A DNA stretch of 64,000 bases from Tortispora ganteri (lineage: Eukaryota). Below, one piece after another: positions 1 through 10,300 of this stretch. The position numbers and the translations under genes were made by a program. The stretch spans positions 62,001-126,000 of the forward strand of contig PPNB01000002.1 in assembly GCA_003707115.1 (NCBI GenBank). Reading direction: 5' to 3'. Every line of letters starts with the position of its first letter. The first letter of the stretch is position 1. Below the pieces are notes generated by a model. That model saw only the letters and a program-made list of their open reading frames with translations. It was not told where the DNA came from and made no database searches.

Positions 1-3000
1 CTTCCATTTGCAAAATCAAAACCTCCATATCCATGGAGATCAAATTGCATGAATATCCAATATTAATTGCAGTTTCAACCTTATCACCGGTAAGCACCCA
101 AACTTTGATGCCAGCTTCTTCAAGTTTGGCGATAGTATCAGGTACACCATCCTGCAACCTATCTTCAATTGCAGTACCACCAATTAGCGTAAGGTTCGTT
201 TCAATCATGCTAGCCGCCTCTTCGAGTTTATCATCACGATTCTCAATACTGGTGGCCGCTTCTTTGTGAATAATTGACCATTTATTATATTCACTCTGTG
301 AGATTTCTCTTTCAGCAATGCAAAGAGTACGTAAACCTTCAATGGCGTAATTCTCTAAATCTTGGTAAGTTTTTTCGGTAATGTCAACAACTTGTTCCTC
401 AGCAAGGCGGCTCTTAATGACGGAGTCCGCACCCTTGCAAATCAATAGAATTTTCCCTGTATCGGGCATTCTAACAATAACTGACATACGCTTTCGTGTA
501 GAGTTAAACTCAAGAATAGCCAAAATATGGTATTCAATCCGCTGACCTAACACATCAATAATCACGCCTTTCTGAGTGCGCTCAATAAGTGCGAATCCAA
601 GGTCACGAGCAGTAGAGACGAGCGCCTCTTCGTCAGGGCTTTGCGCTTTGTAATCAAGGGGCTCGATATTTTCAGCGCCTTCAGCAGGATACTCAGAACT
701 AGTTAAAACGGAGTGACAAATGGCCAAACTTAGCATAAAATGATAATTTGCCTTGGCTTGAGCATCACCATTAGCTCCAGAGAGATCTCGCGCAAAATCG
801 CTGGAAATGAAAGTCAGACGGTCCTGTCGGAATTGAGGGTTTTTGTAAATTTTCTGTAGTTCGTTGGTCATTTCAATCTTATCATTGGCAATAATTTCAG
901 CCATACGTTTGCCTTGAGCTACCACGTCAATTCCTCTTCGCTTTTCCAAGCCAGCTAAAGCTTCGGTGTAAGCAAGTCCATAAGTCACACCATTGATTGT
1001 GCATTTTTTAAACTCCATCTTGTTTTGCGTTAAAGTGCCGGTTTTGTCTGAGAAAATATATTCTATCTGTCCAAGGTCGTCAGAAATGTTCCAGGATTTC
1101 GGAGTGCAAGGATAGTCAATAGCATCATAATACATAAGGCAGTCAGAATATATGAAAAATGCTTGAATAGTTTTCACAATCTCAATAGATATATACAAAG
1201 ATATCGGTACCAGAGATTGAAATAAGATGACAGCGACAATAAACGTAATAGCACCTGCACCTGCCGGTCCACCACCAATAACGCCAAAGTCAAAGTAGTC
1301 ACCACTTGTCCCTTCTTTGGCAATGTAAATTCCATTTATTAAGCCCTGGATAAAACATAGTGCGAACAGTACAACAAAATTGTAAATAACATATGAATTC
1401 AAATCTCTCTGAATTTTGGATCGCTTAGAAGGAGTTATTCCCGCGCTAAGCATCACTTTGGTTTCCATACCTGTAAATATGACGACACCGATAACCCACT
1501 CAGTGTTCCTGAGTGAAGAACCTCGCAGAAGCATATTATTTATTGAGATTGGTTCGGATAATTCTTCACGACCATTAACATTCCCTTGCGGATCATGAGT
1601 AATGTTTTCCCAAAACAGAGCTCCGCTGTAGCTGTAAAGATGAGCATTAGGGCCTTCAGATTTAATCCAAAAGCGAGCTCTCTCACAGTCAGAAGCATGC
1701 TTGATAGCTTTAGTAGCCCTCAAAGACTGCCTAACTTTCAGATTTGTTTCACCGTCCAAATTTTTCGTTTCGACATAACAAGCTCCGTCTTCATCAGAGG
1801 TAGAGAGCACAGCAATATCAGCAGGTATCTCATTATCACAATTTATACGAACGATATCTCCAACCCGCACATTTTTCCAATAGTCATATTTAAAATGGGC
1901 GTTGCCGGGTGCAGTTGCATAAGGATCTATTACAGAGGTGACAGGACCTGTTTCTGCGTCAACATGACCTCCAGATTGTGATAAGTAGCGACGACTTGCA
2001 GAATAATCAGCCGATGATCGCGGACTTGATCGAGAGTCTATGGACCCTCTGAACTCGTTCACGTAGCTTTTCCTTTCAGTTTTGGATCGTGACTTTGAAA
2101 GATCAAATCGTGTTCCGTTGCGGTGCTCGCTACTTATTGAATGTATAGTTCTCAAGGACAGCGTAGGGTGTAACGTGTTAGAGCCATAGTCCTTAATAAA
2201 CAAGCGCATGATAGGATTCTTTATGGCATTCCAAAGAGGTACAAAGGTTCTAGTGGAAGCTTTCTTAAACCTGCGCCACAGAGAAATACTTTCTTCACTG
2301 ACGTTATAGTTATGCCAGTGGGAAAGGCGTTGTGTATGAGCGTTATTTACCTCCAGATCGAGCAGAGTTCGTCGGTAGTCTTCTATGGCATCCTTTATTG
2401 CAGTAATAGTGAGAATAGCGACTATAGGTACGACGGATAGACCGGGATTAGTAACGCCGAAAATTGCGAAGAAGCCAAGGATGACGATAACAACGAAATA
2501 GATGTTAGCGATGTTGTGAAACTGGTAAAAGAGATTTTTAGGGATAAAATTGAGTGGAGTATACCTAGAGGTGCGAATCTTGTTTCTGGCATAGACAGCG
2601 CTGGGCAGACCCTTCTCGTTGAGAAGATGCTCAGGTAACGGGACGTTGACGGTAATTACACGGCCACTGGCGGCAACACCGTTTGCAGGAGCGTCGGAGT
2701 CAGATTCTTCTTTCAAAGAAGTATCAGAACCGGAACCAGAGTTAGGATCGGTTCGCTTTCTAGATGTGGAAAAAGCGCGAGCCATACGGGTGGAAAAGGA
2801 TCTGAAAAGATGTGCATGGCCACCGGGGTTTGGTGCACGTTTTGTTCCGTAGCGTAGCTTTTTGACGGTCGGGTTCTCGCTATTGAGTGGTGCATCCATA
2901 TCAAAGTCACCGATCGGCTGCGTATTAGTGCTATTAGGGGAGATGCTAATTTCCGGTGCGTTCACTTGCTCTATAGCAGACCTGTAAGGATGTGAGGGAA

Positions 3001-3085
3001 GTGATTCTACCCGGTCAGGCCTTGGAGATACTGGGTTTCTAAGACTTGCAGAGCGTTTTGGAATGGACGCCTGCTCACCGGACAT
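1..3085 (-). CDS. DNF1: P4-type ATPase phospholipid flippase, Dnf1/Dnf2 family (5' part; runs off the left edge)
   Basis: Not in the ORF track because it lacks a stop in the window. Manual minus-strand reading from ATG at 3085 gives NKIRTSRYTPLNFIPKNLFYQFHNIANIYF, ETKNLDGETNLK, the phosphorylation motif YIFSDKTGTLTQN, YKAQSPDEEALV and GTAIEDRLQDGVP. DNF1 vs DNF2 orthology is not resolvable. Confidence 0.93.
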   Translation of the reverse strand, partial: MSGEQASIPKRSASLRNPVSPRPDRVESLPSHPYRSAIEQVNAPEISISPNSTNTQPIGDFDMDAPLNSENPTVKKLRYGTKRAPNPGGHAHLFRSFSTRMARAFSTSRKRTDPNSGSGSDTSLKEESDSDAPANGVAASGRVITVNVPLPEHLLNEKGLPSAVYARNKIRTSRYTPLNFIPKNLFYQFHNIANIYFVVIVILGFFAIFGVTNPGLSVVPIVAILTITAIKDAIEDYRRTLLDLEVNNAHTQRLSHWHNYNVSEESISLWRRFKKASTRTFVPLWNAIKNPIMRLFIKDYGSNTLHPTLSLRTIHSISSEHRNGTRFDLSKSRSKTERKSYVNEFRGSIDSRSSPRSSADYSASRRYLSQSGGHVDAETGPVTSVIDPYATAPGNAHFKYDYWKNVRVGDIVRINCDNEIPADIAVLSTSDEDGACYVETKNLDGETNLKVRQSLRATKAIKHASDCERARFWIKSEGPNAHLYSYSGALFWENITHDPQGNVNGREELSEPISINNMLLRGSSLRNTEWVIGVVIFTGMETKVMLSAGITPSKRSKIQRDLNSYVIYNFVVLFALCFIQGLINGIYIAKEGTSGDYFDFGVIGGGPAGAGAITFIVAVILFQSLVPISLYISIEIVKTIQAFFIYSDCLMYYDAIDYPCTPKSWNISDDLGQIEYIFSDKTGTLTQNKMEFKKCTINGVTYGLAYTEALAGLEKRRGIDVVAQGKRMAEIIANDKIEMTNELQKIYKNPQFRQDRLTFISSDFARDLSGANGDAQAKANYHFMLSLAICHSVLTSSEYPAEGAENIEPLDYKAQSPDEEALVSTARDLGFALIERTQKGVIIDVLGQRIEYHILAILEFNSTRKRMSVIVRMPDTGKILLICKGADSVIKSRLAEEQVVDITEKTYQDLENYAIEGLRTLCIAEREISQSEYNKWSIIHKEAATSIENRDDKLEEAASMIETNLTLIGGTAIEDRLQDGVPDTIAKLEEAGIKVWVLTGDKVETAINIGYSCNLISMDMEVLILQME

Positions 3086-3662
3086 TATAGTACGGCAATC
3101 AAGTAGTCTTTCAACTTAGATAAGCAGCAAATCGATCAGTCAATGTCGAAAAATCGACTGAAGTGAGTATTCTGCAGATGTCGAGGGAAAAGAAAAAGGA
3201 TTGGTAAATGGTTTTTTTTCCCTTTGGGCTTTCTTTCCGTTGGGTGGTTATAAAAGGGGCTAGTACCACAGCCTCACCGCGCAACCACAACAGTGCTACA
3301 TTCTGGAACACAGCTACAAGATAGCGGCATATCGTATAACTCAATCTTTACGCTTTAAATTTAACAGCAGAAATTATTATGTAAATCGCTGCTCTCTTAC
3401 AGGGAAATCAGCATCTAAAATCAACGCATCTGATTAAATAGCAACGCTGTGCTTAAGATGCATGGAGTTAAGCTTGTCCTTATTGGGAGGTTCCTATGCT
3501 CGTTTAATGACCTATTTCGGCTAACAGTTTTTTAGGGGTAAACTCTAAATATAGTCCATTGACAGCCACAACTTATGAGTATAATAGATGTGATTATCAA
3601 ATCACTTTGACCTGTTTTTTGTTATTTAGCCAAAACCGGATTGAGATATGTGATTACTATTG

Positions 3663-5027
3663 TTAACTTTGACTTTGACTTTGGCTCTGCCTTTGACTTT
3701 GACTTTGCGTCTCATTGTGTCTTCCATAAGTGTTCTCCCATGCAATTAGTTTCTCCGCAAAGGAATCAAGCATGCCAATAACAGGCTCGTAATGTTTAAA
3801 CAATCCCGCAAACTTCTTCAAGTCCTCTTCTTCAGGGTTATCCACATTAGAGTACATGGCTTTTCCAGCTGCAGTGCTCCTGCGCTCTTCCAGCAGTCTA
3901 TGCCGACTTTCTCTTTCGGTCTCAAGGTCAACTTGAGTCCGAGCAACAAATTCCACAATTGCTGCGACTCGGCGTCGCATCTCTTTCAAGCTTATACGAG
4001 ACTGTGGCAATCTTGGGCGAGACGGCTTAAATGTAGCGGCAGACTCGCTTAACGATATGTGCTCATGCTCTGGACCTCTAGCAGGTGAATCGCGTTGGTT
4101 TCTGTGCCGGTTCGATCGATCATTTCGACTTTTATTGGACTTTACTGATTTTCGACTGTGGTTTCCAGATTCAGTCGCCTCTGATTCTGAAAGGCGAGCT
4201 TTAACGTCCTTCTCTCCATGAATTGATGCACCATTAACCCCTCGAAAACTAGTTTCCGTATTAATATCTGAGGCCTCGGTATCTGAGGCAAACCGATCAG
4301 CACCTCGACGCAATGATGGTGATCCACTGCTCGTAGGTCGAAAACCTTTCTTTCCCGGATTTGAAGTTGCACTTTCTTCATCTTCGGATGTCTTTGATTT
4401 TTTTGCATTTCGTGAGCCGTTGCTGCTGCCGCTGGATGGCACCGGTCTCTTTTTATTACGAGAGCTCGGCTTATTATGGTCATTGTTATCATTTCCATTT
4501 GCAGTATCCATCACTGCTGACTCTTCTAGCACTCTTTGCAGCACTTTATCATAATCTGCATCTCTTGAATTCATCGTAGACCGCCTCCGGCTAGAGTTGG
4601 ACTCTGCTTTATCTGACGCCTGGTTGCCCACAACTGGAAGATACTCTGACGATTCGTAGCCCAACCTTTCGGTTAGATGATGTAGATCGGGACGGCACTT
4701 CTCGCAATAATATATCTCAGGCACGGACTCCTCCTGTAAGATTCCCACGCACACCCCATGTTGCCATACTTGGCACTTGTCGCACTGGATATATAGTCCA
4801 GAGTCTCCATCGTCATCATTCTCCATAACTGGTTCATCCATTCCACAAATACAGCGTGTCACTTCTGAAGTATCTTCATCTTCTTCGTTGATTTCGGTTT
4901 CTTCATTATTGTCAGCCTCTACTTTGGGTCGAGTGTCAGTAGTTTTTTCATTATCGGAATCATTCAATTGTGATCCAGTAGATGAATTCCGCGATCCACG
5001 CGTTCTTGTTGAGCGTTGCGGTCTCAT
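3663..5027 (-). CDS. CTI6: PHD-finger Rpd3L histone deacetylase complex subunit, Cti6-like
   Basis: PHD finger TRCICG...IQCDKCQVWQHGVCVGI...YYCEKCRPDLH, followed by RSTMNSRDADYD..LQRVLEES and C-terminal EMRRRVAAIVEFVARTQ, typical of fungal Cti6. Confidence 0.85.
   Translation of the reverse strand: MRPQRSTRTRGSRNSSTGSQLNDSDNEKTTDTRPKVEADNNEETEINEEDEDTSEVTRCICGMDEPVMENDDDGDSGLYIQCDKCQVWQHGVCVGILQEESVPEIYYCEKCRPDLHHLTERLGYESSEYLPVVGNQASDKAESNSSRRRSTMNSRDADYDKVLQRVLEESAVMDTANGNDNNDHNKPSSRNKKRPVPSSGSSNGSRNAKKSKTSEDEESATSNPGKKGFRPTSSGSPSLRRGADRFASDTEASDINTETSFRGVNGASIHGEKDVKARLSESEATESGNHSRKSVKSNKSRNDRSNRHRNQRDSPARGPEHEHISLSESAATFKPSRPRLPQSRISLKEMRRRVAAIVEFVARTQVDLETERESRHRLLEERRSTAAGKAMYSNVDNPEEEDLKKFAGLFKHYEPVIGMLDSFAEKLIAWENTYGRHNETQSQSQRQSQSQSQS
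3666..3707 (-). repeat. Imperfect hexanucleotide (ACTTTG)n microsatellite encoding the C-terminal Gln-Ser repeat of Cti6
   Basis: actttg units visible at 3666-3707; protein ends QSQSQRQSQSQSQS. Confidence 0.8.
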
Positions 5028-5223
5028 TATATCTTAAAAGTAAATACTGAGAAATAGAAAAAAAAAAGAAAGGAAATGGTGAAACTGTATAAGATTGAAC
5101 TAGTATTCGATTGGAATTAGTCGAAAGTAAAGGCTGCTAGGTAAATGTTATGGCAGCCTGGGACATCACTGGCTGCCACTTCATATTCTGCCGTTTAACC
5201 TATACATTTTGACCTCAATTTAC

Positions 5224-5502
5224 ATGAGGGCGTGCTCAATTTTAAATAAAAATATTCAATTTTTTACTAGAAAATCTTGCTCATTGTGTGACAAAGTATC
5301 TGACCTGTTAAAATTAACATTAAAGGACCTTCATGTATCCACCAAAGTTACCTATATAGATATCGATCTACCGGAAAACAAGAAGTGGCACGATCTCTAT
5401 GCATTTAATGTCCCTGTGATTCATATTCCAAAAAATAAAGATTACATCAAGCTATTCTATCCAATTAATGAGACAGATCTCCTTAAAGCACTAAAAGAAT
5501 AA
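5224..5502 (+). CDS. Small glutaredoxin-like protein (DUF836 / YDR286C family)
   Basis: FFTRKSCSLCD CxxC motif, YIDIDLPENKKWHDLYAFNVPVIH cis-Pro region. First ATG is at 5224; the track start at 5209 is TTG. Confidence 0.85.
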   Translation: MRACSILNKNIQFFTRKSCSLCDKVSDLLKLTLKDLHVSTKVTYIDIDLPENKKWHDLYAFNVPVIHIPKNKDYIKLFYPINETDLLKALKE

Positions 5503-5504
5503 AT

Positions 5505-6128
5505 ATGTACACAGTACTTATTACGGGGTTTGGCCCTTTTCGCGATTACACCATTAATCCCTCATGGGAAGTAGCTAAGAGACTGAAAGGTCAATTAAGC
5601 GATCAAATAACTGTTATACTCTATGAGGAACCCATAGAGGTTTCATACAAAAACATAAACGAATTAATTCCGACATTATGGACTCTCAATTTTGACCTCA
5701 TACTTCATATAGGTGTTGGTCTTCCTGGTCCGCTTCGCTTCGAATCACTTGCAAGGAAAGTAGGATATGACAAACCGGACGTTCGAGGGGACTCCAATCC
5801 TATAATGAACCCATTGTGGGATCAACTTAATGATGTGCTTTACTCAGCCTTTGACCCTGTAGATATTTGCTCAAACAATGACAATATAGAACCCTCGGAT
5901 GACGCAGGTCTCTACCTTTGCGAATACATATTCTACTCTTCCTTGGCTCAAGCTCAGCTACAAAAAGGTACTTCTTCTACTGGTGATACCAGAGTTTGTG
6001 CGGCATTCGTACATGTTCCTCCTATAGGAGAGCAGGACACTGACGCGTACTATGAAACTTGTTGTCAGACAATTACGAGCGCTATAGTCAATATGCACCA
6101 AGCCCAATCTCATGCCACTAATCACTAG
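5505..6128 (+). CDS. Pyroglutamyl-peptidase I (peptidase C15)
   Basis: VLITGFGPF...NPSW N-terminus, LHIGV, catalytic Glu (FESLA), DAGLYLCEYIFYSSL (Cys) and FVHVP (His). Confidence 0.92.
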   Translation: MYTVLITGFGPFRDYTINPSWEVAKRLKGQLSDQITVILYEEPIEVSYKNINELIPTLWTLNFDLILHIGVGLPGPLRFESLARKVGYDKPDVRGDSNPIMNPLWDQLNDVLYSAFDPVDICSNNDNIEPSDDAGLYLCEYIFYSSLAQAQLQKGTSSTGDTRVCAAFVHVPPIGEQDTDAYYETCCQTITSAIVNMHQAQSHATNH

Positions 6129-6137
6129 AGGCACCAT

Positions 6138-7037
6138 TCAGATTTTGCTCTTTGGTTTCAACCTTACAGCTCCTTCTTGCTTTACAGTAGCAATTAATGT
6201 GCCGTCCTTGGAATAAATCTCGCATTCTGACACCCCCCTTGCAGCTCCGGACCATGGAGACCGCATATCAAATAAAACCCAGTCATCCACTTTGATATTC
6301 GCAGAATGAAAATGTAAAGTATGATCTAAGCTTACCATCATAGCAATTTGTTCCCTTCGAACACTGTTAACCGCAGAAACTGCTCCAATAAGCCGGCTAT
6401 CGGACATATAGGCTAGCGCAACCATATGAAAGAGCGATGATTTAATTGGTTCCTTGCATTTCGCCCAGTATCGCACACGACGTTCGTGTGGTTCTTTCTT
6501 GAGGTCTTCTGGATCAAAAGGCACAGTGCGCATATCAATTGGATCCGTTTCAAAATCGTTAATTAAGCGCTTGAGCATATCTGTAGATTGGATATCGCGC
6601 TCTTTCATTCTACGCTTCACCAGCTCAGCCATAGTCTCACATTGCTCAGGCGGCGCAATTTTAGGAATAGGAGTTTGATGCTTTAATTCTGACTGCTCAA
6701 ACCTGTGGAAACTTGCGGTCATTGTAAATATGCATCGCCCCCGTTGGCGTGCTTGGACAGTTCGTGTAGTATACGATTTGCCTTCGCGGATATGTTCAAC
6801 TTGGTATAGAACAGGTATGGTGTTGTCACCTGCCAAAATAAAATAACCATGTAGTGAATGCACAGTAAATCCTTCAGGTACAGTGTTTATCGCTGCAAGT
6901 AAGCATTGTGATATTACTGTACCACCGAAAATACCACGAGCCCCGCTTGGTCGCCATAACTCCTCTTTACTTCTAAATAGATCGGCATCAAGCCTTTCCA
7001 ATGCAAGTCCTTCCTCAAGATTGCTAGCCTTTCTCAT
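6138..7037 (-). CDS. TES1: Peroxisomal acyl-CoA thioesterase II (TesB/ACOT8 family)
   Basis: RGIFGGTVISQCL, HSLHGYFILAGD, LAYMSD, SLDHTLHFH and QEG motifs; C-terminal SKI is a PTS1-like tripeptide. Confidence 0.92.
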   Translation of the reverse strand: MRKASNLEEGLALERLDADLFRSKEELWRPSGARGIFGGTVISQCLLAAINTVPEGFTVHSLHGYFILAGDNTIPVLYQVEHIREGKSYTTRTVQARQRGRCIFTMTASFHRFEQSELKHQTPIPKIAPPEQCETMAELVKRRMKERDIQSTDMLKRLINDFETDPIDMRTVPFDPEDLKKEPHERRVRYWAKCKEPIKSSLFHMVALAYMSDSRLIGAVSAVNSVRREQIAMMVSLDHTLHFHSANIKVDDWVLFDMRSPWSGAARGVSECEIYSKDGTLIATVKQEGAVRLKPKSKI

Positions 7038-7337
7038 TTTTTTCCTATTAACTACCTTTTAGCAACCCTAGCGTTAAATTACAATTTCCCGGAATCCAAA
7101 CAATGTTTGAAGTGGTTATACGCTCGATAGTAATATATAAGTGCAGAAGCCGTTCAGATGTGCTTAAGTAAGATTGGCATTAGAAGCAGATAGAACTGAC
7201 TGTTATTGGTCAGTTGTTGGGATTTACATAGTTCTGTACCGAGGCCTAAGGGGGGGAAGTAGTGCCTATGATCTGGATCCGTAAATGGCTAAGGTGTTTA
7301 TTATTGTAAGTTGAAGCTCATATTTATTCATTTCTAT

Positions 7338-10300
7338 TTATTTTTCAGCCTCCTTAGCTGTCCATTCGTACACACCACCTATCTCAGTTCCAGCATAAAT
7401 TGCTTGTCCCTGATATCCGATATGAATGCTGCTTATGGCTGTTCTCCCAGGACATACTAACATCTTATAGATGTTAATGCACCATAAGTTGTTGCTCTTC
7501 TCATCCCTTTTTTCTTCATCTGATAATGCAAACATGATAATGTTTAGTTCACCATTCCTATGTCCTGTAACAAAAATACTTTGGTTGAGATATTCATGAT
7601 CGGCGCTGTCATAGCTGGCTATGGCCGTTATCCTCTTCGTTTCAGAAGAACTCAAAATGCTTTGGCAGCATAACTGAGCACCATTAATATTCCATACAAT
7701 AATATCAGTATCGCAAAAAGCAAAAATATTTCCAGTCCTTGCATCAATCTGCACTTTATATGGTTTCTCTTTCGATTCACTATACAACTCTCGAGTGAGT
7801 TTCAGTCGAACAAGATCCCAGACAAGTACACGACCAGACTCATCGCAAGATATCGCTAGATTCCATGCCATTGAAACATCAAAATGTCTAATTGGAGATC
7901 CATGGCCACGCAAAATACCGTGTGTGCGGATATCAACGAGTCCACTTTTGCTTGGAGGACTAACCTTCCATACAATCAACACCAGGTCGTCTCCGCTGCT
8001 GAGAATCGTTCGGCTATCTCCAATTTTGACCAAGCATGGACCATTCAAATGACACTGCTCCACAAGCCCAATTATCTTGGTATAGTCAGCATTCAAAATT
8101 CGAATCGAAGAATCACTGTAGCCGTATGTTACAAATCGCTCGTATGTGCGGTCCATGCAAAAGATGTTCCCGCAATGTACTGCAATTTTGCCGCTTTTCT
8201 TATTGACAAATATTTCATTAACCCTATCTCCATGGGATTGAATCAACTTTCCTGTTGTCGTCATCCGCTCAAAGTTCATATTGATTATCGCACTAGGTGA
8301 ATTTATGGGACCTTCGTATGCCGGGTGCGGCTTGGAAAACAACTTCGCAGGTGTTTGCCCGAAGTTATGTATAATACTTGCTGTGGCTTGTTTCTGCACT
8401 GGATCGCTTATATCAGTAAGATTAACAGAGCCAGCGTAGCTTAAGTGGTGAAATACATTTAAGGCATTCACAGCAGCTGTGCCTTTTTGCTTGTATCCGA
8501 ATATAAGGTCAATCCATTCATGAAGATGTTTAGTAACATACTGAGACTCAAGAGCTTCTCGGTGTTTCGTAATGAAAACATAAGGATCATCTTTCGCCCA
8601 GGCCGGGAGTTCAACACTGTCAATTTTTTCTTTTGACTGTCTTCTGCCTAGTTGAAATCCTTCTAAATTCAGCAGAAATTCGGGTAAGAAAAAGAATTCT
8701 GGAATTAACTCCCTGACATCTGAAGTCGTGTCTTTAGAAGCGCTCTCCCATGCCTTGGAAATGGAATAGAATAACCTGTCTGCATGGTCAAACTGACCTC
8801 CTTGTAAAATCAAATACGATCTGACAAAAGGTTCCAAACGAATGAGATAAGAAGAAACAATCATAGATGAGGAATAGTGCGTGCCATAATGAAAAGGAGG
8901 GTCACTAGAATCTTCCAAATCTGCAAATGCATCATATCTTTCCTTGAAAATTTTTGCCCTCTCAGGAGTTTGAGCCCCCATGGGCTTGGAGAAGTCACGG
9001 AAAGACAAAGGATTATTCAAGTCAAGGACCGAATTGTAATAGTCGGCAATTACCCATGGGAAAACTGGATATTGAGTTAAATCATTGAATGTGCGACCAG
9101 CTATTGTGTTAAGCGCCATCAGGTAATGAAAATTGGACAATCTTCCAGCAGTCCATTCTTTAGTGATTGAGAGCTCACCGCCATTAGCAAAAGCGCTAGT
9201 AAGCTTAGATCCCAATGATCCAGCCCATGAATTACTTGTCATCTGTGACCCATGTATCATGGAGTTAAACGCATCACCCGTCACCCCTGTAAGCTCTGAT
9301 GATAAAGAGAAATTGACATGAGGAGCTAGCAAGTTATAGATAAAATCACGCTCTTTAGGGCTAACGCAGGCTACTATTGCGCTTCGACCATGCAAAAAGC
9401 ATACTTCCAATGCAATATCAAGAAACAAACAACTCCGCTTGGTGACTGAGACTAGTTCATCTAGTGACCAGCGATGTACCTCATGCGATTCAGCATTTAT
9501 AGGGTTCAGCCAGCTAGTTTTTGAATCATACGTCAGCGTGCTGAAAGAATCCTTTTCGTTTGTTGGAGTATCTTTGGCTTCTATTATCTCTCCATCAGAC
9601 CTCTGAAAGTAGTTATCGATCAAATAAATATTGACTTTTCCTAAAATCAGTAGCGCAGGAGAATTCTGCAGTCCGACAACCCTATTAACATTCCAGACGT
9701 AGGATACAGCGTCAGCGTAAGCCAGGTTGCGAATAATCCGCCTGTTCCGATCTTCAAACGTGCTTTCAAAAGATTCAATCTCGCTATCATCGATTATTTC
9801 ATAGTCCGAATCAATGTCATTCTCCGAAATATCCTCATCTACTACCACTTCCATCTCATTTGAATCGACAAAATTGCGTATAGCATTATCAGGCGCTGGT
9901 GAAGCTGGTCTGTCCAGTGCAGTTGATCCAGAGCGAGATCTATTACGAGACTCTGACGATAGTCGTCGGGATATTTCCTTAGGCTTGATTGCAAGGTTGG
10001 CAGTTGCATGAGCTAGAGTATCTACCAATGATTCTTTCACTCTCCTCATCTTCTTGCGCATTTTATCCGGCCCTTCCGTTAAATCTAAGCCCCAATGTGC
10101 AGATTCACTGGGTGATGTTACAACAGGGCTTTGCAGTTCCAGATGTTCGACCGTAAGCTCTAGTTTCCTGGAGAAAAATATTCTATCATCTTCAACATCC
10201 TGAATATTGCGAAGAAATTTAACATGCTCTGACATGTATATTGACTGTTTCCAGGTTCTTAATCCCGTGAAAAATTCCTTGCAGATATTGTCAAAGACTG

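Noticed and set aside
33..2910. Several short ORFs listed over 33-2910
   Set aside because: Shadow frames of the P4-ATPase gene on the minus strand.
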